A DNA stretch of 38,468 nucleotides from Klebsormidium nitens (Eukaryota; Plantae; Klebsormidiophyceae). The stretch is from NCBI GenBank assembly GCA_000708835.1, contig DF237693.1:1-38468 (forward strand), written 5' to 3'. How positions within the stretch are numbered: position 1 is the first letter of the stretch; every line of letters begins with the position of its first letter. The translations under genes were made by a program, and so were the position numbers. Below the pieces are notes generated by a model, which saw nothing but the letters and a program-made list of their open reading frames with translations, did no database searches and was not told the origin of the DNA. Positions 31,401 to 38,468 of this stretch are shown here, piece by piece.

Positions 31401-34400
31401 CAGCCCCCCGAAGCAGAAGCATCGGTGGCCCGGGGGTAACGACCGGACGAGCAGTTGGAGGGGGAAGGGGCGGGGGATCCCTGGCGAAATCAGTCAGGGC
31501 CAGTAGGGGGGAAGGTGATGTCAGCATGACGTCATCTGCCGCTGGAAAGAGCGGAGATCCCGTGGATGACGCCTTGGAAATGGCGCGTCGTATGTTTGGC
31601 CGAGTGAAGGGGAGCGAGGTTGGGAGAGGGTTAGGCCAACCAGGGACTGGGTTAACGAAGAAGAGCGAGGGCAAGACCACAACTGTCGATGTTGATCGGA
31701 GATCTGTAAGAGGTGGGAAGGAGGGAAGCGTGTTGCGGGGGCGTAGTGTTGCAGCGGAGGAAGGTGCGAACCAGGTGAAGCAGGGGTCAGAGGGTCAGGA
31801 TGGGAAGTCCGGGGATTGGCAGAGGACCGAATGGCGCGCAGGGCCTCGGAAAGGTGGTGTGAATGCGGCCGCGGAAGAGGGGAGGAACTACGAAGACGAC
31901 TCTGACGAGGGCCTATTCGCACCGGAGGAGGAAGACGAGGAGTTGGACGTTGACGATGGTGGAGAAGAAAGAGAACTGTCCGCTGAGGAGTTGGCGGAAG
32001 AGAACGCGGAGCGGGCGCAGTTCACTGCAGAGGAACTAGAGTCGGGGAGAGAGTTGGAATATTCGGGGCTGCCGATAAGCCTGGGAGCGGAGGCGGAAGA
32101 AGCGCTGGCGGCGCAGTTTGGGGTGGAGGGTTTAAGCGGGTCAGAAGCCGGGTTAGGAGAGGGTTTGGACGGGGTAGAGGAGGGTTTGAACGGGCCAGGG
32201 GAGAGTTCCGAAGGTTTCGCAGAGGATTTTCGAGAAAGAGATACGGAGGAGGGGGCTGAGGAGTGGGAAACAGATGAAGAAAGTGCAGGGGGAGCGGACA
32301 CGGAGTCTGGCACGAACGAAGGGGACGAACAGACGGGGGCTCCGCTGGGGAAGCGCTCGAAGGTTCTGGCGATGCTAGAAGAAGTTTGGGGTGCGGATGA
32401 CGAGGGAGGGGAGGAAACAGGTGACAAAGCGGTGCGTTTCGAAACCAGGGGGCCGCAAAAGCCGGCGATCAGGGTGAGGGTTTTGGCTGAGGAAGAGAAC
32501 GTCTCTTTGGAGAGCTTGACGCCACTCGAGCGGGCCCGGATTCTTTTCCGGGGGGGCAAGCCCACACTGGGGGAGAGCAGGGAGAGTCCCCCCGGAGAGG
32601 AAGAGGACGGAGCAGAAAGGGCCCCGGCCCGAGTGACGTCACCAAAGTGGAGGCAGCCGTCAGCCGAGGCGGAGAGGGATCCCCCGCGGGTGTTGGAGTC
32701 GTCGAGGCGAAAGGTGACGACGTCGAGCGCGCAACGGAAGCGGCTTGGGCAGAAAGTGAAGAAGGTCGAGCCGCTCACGACGCGGGCGCAGGTTATCGAG
32801 CGGGTTAAGCAGCTGGCGCGCGACACCCTGCACGAGTTCCTGCAAATGCGGTTAGCGGACCGGTTACGGGTTGACTATATCGTTAACCACTGCCCGAAGT
32901 TCCTGGCGCGTCAGGTGCTCTTGCCGCTCGCCCAGAGCCAGAATCGGTCCACCCCGCCGGAGAAGCAGCTGCGCGCCCTGGTTTTCGGGTTAAGCGGAAC
33001 CCAGTTGGTAACCGCGTATGAGGAGGCTCTCGAGATCACCGACGAGCAGAAGGGGTTAGCGAAACGGGTTTTGGCGAGCCACCTGCACGTGCACCGGTAC
33101 ATGGAGAAGGGGATGGCGGAGAACATCGCGGAGAATTGTCCGATCTTTCTCGTGGAGGGGGTAATCGTTCCCGCATCGACGATACCCTTCGAGGCCCTCA
33201 GTGTCGTGCAGGTATTTTCCTGGAGAAGGTCACACAAGACACCCTTGACAGACGTTGGCTGAGCATTCCAGTTCCGCTCCTCTGTTTCGCGTCGTGTTTC
33301 TCGTTTTTATGACCTGCTTACGGTTCTGAACATGTACTTTGAGAGATCCGGTATGACGTCCCGAAATTCAGGACAAATGATGAAGCATCTGCTAGCCAAG
33401 AGTTGCACATGCGTCTGCTTAAACAGTTAGTTGGAGAACGTTCCAATTCTTTCACGTCGCCGTGCGACTTCGGCCGCCTGTGCTTTCTGCTGGTGTGATT
33501 CTGTGCGCGCCTTCATACTGAGCGCTCTCTCTGCGCTAAAATGCTGATGAGAAGATTTCGCCACCTATCTGCTTCTCGCCTTCATGGCGTTCTCGTCAGA
33601 AACCACAGACTGTGCTCCGCCTGCATCATACTCAAATTGGCTTTTTCTTCATTCCTGAGCCGGGTTAAGCCAATCCGATTCTCGTTCCGTGGTTTGACAA
33701 AGTAGAGCGCCGATACCTGCCGTAATTTTTCAAACCTCTGAACAAGGACTAGCGCGAATCAGCCCTTCTCTCGTTTCCCTCACGACTCCAGTCGAACCTC
33801 TGAACGGAGACAAGGCGTATCAGCCCTTTCCTCGTTTTCTTCTCAGCCCCCATTTATATACCTCCGAACAAAGACCAGCGCGAATCAGCGTTTCTCTCAT
33901 TTCCTTCTCAACCCCGAGCGGCACTAGTGGCGCAGATTGCGCCGCCTCGCCAACCATGCCAAATCACGAGACTGCTCTTTTCATTTCTCCCAGAAAGTCA
34001 GAAGCCTGGAAGTGACCGCGCGTGACACAGGACACCTGCAGAAATCACCCAACTGCAGGAATCACCCAAACTTTCTTGATACTGGCTTTTGCGAAACAGC
34101 TCAATGTTTTCCCTGGCGCAAGCATTGCCAACCGCTCAACTCGGATTCACACGTAGTCCCGTTGTTGATGTAACGCACCCCCCAACATTTGACGAAACTG
34201 ACTACCTCCGTTTTCCCCTTGCCCACAGCAAACCCGCTTCAAAGAGTGCTGGCGATGAAACCACTTTCGTCGAATCATGCTCTCGTTGCAGACATAGAAC
34301 ATTTCGTCCTACCTCCAATGGTGGGTTTCAGTCACGTCTGTTCAAAATGGCCTTGGGTCGTCAAACCCTCACTGTCCAACGACGCTGCTTCAGGAAAATT

Positions 34401-35912
34401 GTAAAACCCTCTTCATTGTTCCTGCAGCGCTTCCACCTGAAGATGCGCTGGCGCCGGAAACAGCGCCGCCCCATCCCCCGCTCCAAAAATGGCGACCCGG
34501 TGCGCGACGCCGAACTCGCGATGACGTACGTCCTCTGCAACACGAAGCGCAAGAAGCTGACGTGGGCCTTCTTCGAGGCGCTGGGGATGCCCGAGGCTGA
34601 CGTCATCCGTGCGCGCAACAAGATGCGGCCGGGGGTCTCGCTGACGAACCTCGCGCGCGTGGTGACGTGGCTGCGGACGGAGCTGGAGCTGACGTCAGCG
34701 GACCTGCAGGCGGTCATCCGGCAGAGCCCGCTGCTCATGGCGCACAGCGTGGAGTCGCTCGAGGCGCGGAAGGCGTTCTTCCTGCGGAAGCGGATCGGCG
34801 TCAGCGAGAAGACGCAACGGGAGTGGCTGCTGAAGTACCCGCGGATGTTTACGCGCCCGGTGGAGTCGTCGCTCATTCCGCTGGTCTACGGACTGATCGA
34901 CGAGTTCGGGATCGGCGATGCTCCGGAGCTGCTGAGAAAGTACCCGCGCGTGTTCGCGAACAACACGTGGGCGCAGCTCCAGATCAAGGTCGGGGGCCTG
35001 ATCGACGTCGGCTGCACGCCCGCTGACGTCAGCCGGCTGTTCGCGGCGGCCGACAACGGGGTGAGCCAGGACGTGCTGTGCAACGGGCTCGACCGGCGGA
35101 TTCCGCCGCTGGCGAAGCTGCTGCGGAAGAACGGGTTAACGGAACGGGAGGTCGCTAACGTGGTGGTCAGCGAGGTGCCGCTCTTGGCCGTCGATCTGAA
35201 GGAGATCGAACGGCGGCTGCACTTTCTGCTGCGGGACATGGAGCGGAGTCCGCGAGAGATCGGGGCGTTCCCGGCGTGTCTAAAGTACCCCGTAGAAGCG
35301 AGGCTACAGCGGTTGGGTTACGTGAGCCGGTACGGGTTTGGGGAGGGGTTAGGGTTGGCGGAACTGCTGAACCCGGACGATCGGGAGTGGCAGGAGATGA
35401 AGAAAGCGTGGCGGGGGGTGGGGCAACACCCGGCGAGCGTCCCCTCGAAAAAGAACGACGCCGATCGGGCGGAGGAGCTTTTGGCGCAGTGGGAGGAGGA
35501 GAATGAGGAAGACCCGGAGGTGAAGGAGCTGGTTAAGATGGAGGAGGAAGGGTTAGTGCTGATGGACCCGATCAAGTTCAGGCCCCGGAAACGGAATCGG
35601 ATTCCGATCCCGAAGGTGTATAACATCTACGAGCAGAACCGGATCCGGAAGCCGAAGGATCCGGACTATACGGTGAAAATGCTGGAAAAGAGACTGGCGT
35701 TGGCGCTTGGAGAGGAGCCGCCAACAAGGGGGGAGGAAAACGGGTCAGCAACGGAACCGGGTGTAGTTAAGAAAAAGAAGGTGGTTCGCGTGAGAGGCTT
35801 GGTGGTGAAGAAAAGGAATCAGGTTAAGGGGAAGTCGCCCAGGAAAAAGAAGGGCAAGAAGGCGCCCAAGCAGCCGAACACGCTCTTTCCGGGCGTCGAG
35901 AAGATGTTCTAA
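28425..35912 (+). CDS. mTERF-family protein with a long low-complexity N-terminus, possibly organelle-targeted (about 1736 aa, 3 exons)
   Basis: Predicted exons: 28425-30172, 31234-33211, 34428-35912. GT..AG, phases 2 and 0 match, total 5211 nt. The last exon has repeated mTERF-like motifs (VIRQSPLLMAHSVESL, LLKYPRMFTRPVESSLIPLV, LLRKYPRVF, FPACLKYPVEARLQRL) and a basic K-rich tail. The N-terminus (MAAPALTSCR...) is transit-peptide-like. Joining the three exons into one gene is inferred from phase compatibility. Confidence 0.75.
33735..33912. repeat. Degenerate intronic tandem repeat (three units, about 55-70 bp apart)
   Basis: CCTCTGAAC..GAC.AG.GCG.ATCAGC..TTC.CTC.TTT.C.TC at about 33737, 33797 and 33861. 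Confidence 0.7.
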
Positions 35913-37099
35913 CGTTGCCTCAACGTTGTAACGAGGCTCAGGGACATGTCACGAGTTGAGGTCAGTTGAAAGAGTTGTTTGTAAGAGTTGACGGTCGGAG
36001 ATCGAATCGCAAGTGAACGATGTGGTCGGATGCATGCCCGCCCTACTTTGCAAGATACCGGATCCGTCGACGGCGGCCAGGGGTAATCCTTGCTTGCTAA
36101 GGATGCGTGTCGTTCCCAGAAGCCGCCACATAATCTTTTTGCATCATGCAATGGTTTTAAATTCCCCAAGTACGGCTGCCATGAATGAGGGCTTTCGGCT
36201 TTAGTAATGTGCATGTACGACTCCACGATCCTTCGTCAGCATCGCATTGTCGCATCATTGTAGACAATTCCTGCGGCTTCATTGGAGTCCCATTGGACCG
36301 ACCATGTCGATTCCTTGAGGGTTATGGAGAATTAACTGATTGCACGCATTGAAGTGAAGATTCGTATCGGTTTTATGTACGTACAATGGTCTGTCATCCA
36401 CGTGCCAGTTTTCGCCGTATCTAAACAGGCCATACGAAGCTTCGATCTCATGACTGAGCTATATATCAAGTTGCATATTGAAAGACATATGCGCATATAC
36501 GGACGTGTGTGGTGTGTTAATGTGTCACGCCGTGCTTAATTTTGATCGTCGTACGATGGTCTCATGGCCCGTCTAATGAATCATGATGCATCGCGTGCCG
36601 CATAAGGGCGGGCCTGCCAAGTCACGTGCAGGCCGCGGCCCGCTTCCCGCCCGCGTGCGCATCATCATCGGAGTGGCGCGGCCACTCCGATGAGGTAGAC
36701 CCTACGGACCCACAACCTTCAAATTTACACGGGCGCGATCGCCGCGGTCGCGCGAAAATTCACTCTATCAATTTTGCGGCTCACCGCAGACTGCCGACGC
36801 GTCGGCACTTGTCAAAATTTCAATGCCCTCCAGTCCCCCGGACTCCGTACTACTGGCTGATAGCATGTTCGCACTTGACTTGATTTTATGCCGGCGGCGC
36901 CGGCGGCGAGTTTCATCCGGCGATTTTGTAGATTTCCCGGCGCCGGAGCATCGCCGCCGGCGCCGGAGTGTTCAGTTGCTCCAAATACTCCGGCACCGGA
37001 CAACTCCGGCGCCGGAGGCCAGCTTAGCTGCAACCCCTCCAAGCTGGCCTCCCAGATCTGCATCGCAGACCTCCCATCTGATCAAAGCCTTCATCTTTA

Positions 37100-38236
37100 A
37101 TGGCGGCGGCCACCGAAGGGGATGAAGGCCTACCGCATCAGGAGCAGCCAAGCGTTCAGGACACGCAGCCCCTTGTTGAAGCGCAAGATGAGGCAGCTGG
37201 AGCTAGCACTCAGAAGACTGCCCCAGAGGCAACAACTGCAGGAAAGCGAAAGGGCGCTGCCAAGCCCTCAAAGCGGGGGTCCAAGAAGGGCAAGAAGGAC
37301 GATGGTGGTAACGAAGAAGACACTTCTCTAGCAGGCCAAGCCTTCAAATGGACAGACAACGGGATTGAGGGCCTCGTAGATGTTTGGGGTGGAAAGTCCA
37401 GAAAGCTGCAAGGGGGGAACCTGACGGCGAAGCATTGGGATGAGATTGCTTTTGCAGTCAGTGCAGCAACAGATTGCCAAGTGACGGCCCAGCAATGCAT
37501 GGACAAGGTAGATGGCCTGAAGAAAAAGTACAAGAGCATCAAGGAGAAGAAAGGGAAGACAGGCAGCGAAGGCAACGTTGCCAAAGGTTGGAAATGGTTC
37601 GAAGACCTGGACCGAGTCCTGGCGGCAAGACCAAAAACTGCGGGTGTTCCAGGGGCAATCGACGGGGGGTGGCAGAAAACTCGGACAGCCGGTGTACAGA
37701 TCGACTCAAGCGACGAAGCAGAGGGGTCAGAGAACGAAGGAGCAGACCCTCTTACCGGTGAGCCGCTTGGTGAGGAAGAGCCGCAGAAGCAGCGGCCAAG
37801 CGAGCAAACAGCTGGGATTGAGGCAGCAAAGAAAGGTCAACCCGCACCAAGAAGCAAACCGGTCAGTACTGGGAAGAAAAGCGCAGGCTCCACGAATGTT
37901 GAAGAGGCAAAAAGTCCGCGGGCCACTGTTTCGAACATGCCTGGTGTGTCTGGCCAGCCAACTGCCGGGAAAAAGGTTGGGAAGCATCGCTTGTCGGATG
38001 AAAGTCCAATGCGGAAACTTGCCGGGAAGCTTGGAGAGTTTGTGGGTGTTATTGCGGAAGGGGAGAAGAACAGGGCAGAAGAAGCACGGGAAAGACTTCA
38101 GGCTGAGGAGCGAAGGCACGCCGAAAGCCTGGCGATGGAGCGGAGCCGTCTAGATTTTCAGCAGCAAGTGGCGCTTGAGAACATGCGGCATCAACATGCG
38201 ATGCAACAGATTGCAGCAAGGCAGCTTGAAAGGTAA
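37100..38236 (+). CDS. Myb/SANT-like (trihelix GT-type or PIF/Harbinger-associated) DNA-binding protein with C-terminal coiled coil, 378 aa, intronless
   Basis: FKWTDNGIEGLVDVW....LTAKHWDEIA....VTAQQCMDKVDGLKKKYK....WKWFEDLDRVL follows the W..W..W..QC..K...LK..YK..W.WF..LD pattern. The C-terminal E/R/Q-rich helix (RAEEARERLQAEERRHAESLAMERSRL..) is coiled-coil-like. Confidence 0.85.
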   Translation: MAAATEGDEGLPHQEQPSVQDTQPLVEAQDEAAGASTQKTAPEATTAGKRKGAAKPSKRGSKKGKKDDGGNEEDTSLAGQAFKWTDNGIEGLVDVWGGKSRKLQGGNLTAKHWDEIAFAVSAATDCQVTAQQCMDKVDGLKKKYKSIKEKKGKTGSEGNVAKGWKWFEDLDRVLAARPKTAGVPGAIDGGWQKTRTAGVQIDSSDEAEGSENEGADPLTGEPLGEEEPQKQRPSEQTAGIEAAKKGQPAPRSKPVSTGKKSAGSTNVEEAKSPRATVSNMPGVSGQPTAGKKVGKHRLSDESPMRKLAGKLGEFVGVIAEGEKNRAEEARERLQAEERRHAESLAMERSRLDFQQQVALENMRHQHAMQQIAARQLER

Positions 38237-38468
38237 GCAGACTGTCCTTCGTAACATGCGTTTGTAAGAACAAGTGCGATGTGTCTTGTGCAAATCAGAT
38301 TTCTTACATCGTTTGATTCTGATTGAGAGTTTAAAGCTCAGCCGCCAGCTATTTGATCCAGGAGAAAAGATATGTGACACATGTTGCAGCTGGATTGTTG
38401 TGGACGAATCAAACCACTATCAGATCAACAATGCCGTTGTGACGGTTGGACAGGGTTCACACGCTGCC

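Noticed and set aside
31888-32826. Long antisense ORFs (also 34361-34876, 20955-21469, 21968-22625, 37210-37584)
   Set aside because: These are shadows of GC-rich, low-complexity coding exons on the opposite strand, with no recognisable domains.

Overview
Eukaryotic genomic DNA with GT-AG introns. The gene content (plant-type PTEN, mTERF, a trihelix/Myb-SANT protein, and a TRP-type channel, a class land plants lack) fits a streptophyte green alga such as Klebsormidium; this is an inference. I hand-assembled four genes. (1) 1814-12231 (+), 12 exons, about 847 aa: one reading frame joining an N-terminal globin, ankyrin-like repeats, a 6-TM TRP-type channel and a C-terminal cytochrome b5 domain with both heme ligands. 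This candidate heme/gas/redox-coupled ion channel is the headline finding. (2) 14051-24624 (-), 10 exons, about 1413 aa: a PTEN-family phosphatase with an intact HCKAGKGRTG motif, a C2 domain and a roughly 1000-aa low-complexity N-terminus. (3) 28425-35912 (+), 3 exons, about 1736 aa: an mTERF-repeat protein with a long low-complexity N-terminus. (4) 37100-38236 (+), intronless: a Myb/SANT-like (trihelix or Harbinger-type) DNA-binding protein. Introns of genes 1-3 contain decayed tandem copies of their own exon-intron junctions, and some copies keep usable splice sites. Also present: a three-copy MITE-like family, a 28-bp tandem array spanning a 354-N assembly gap, and a strongly over-represented TGACGTCA octamer. 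All exon structures are manual predictions with no transcript support.
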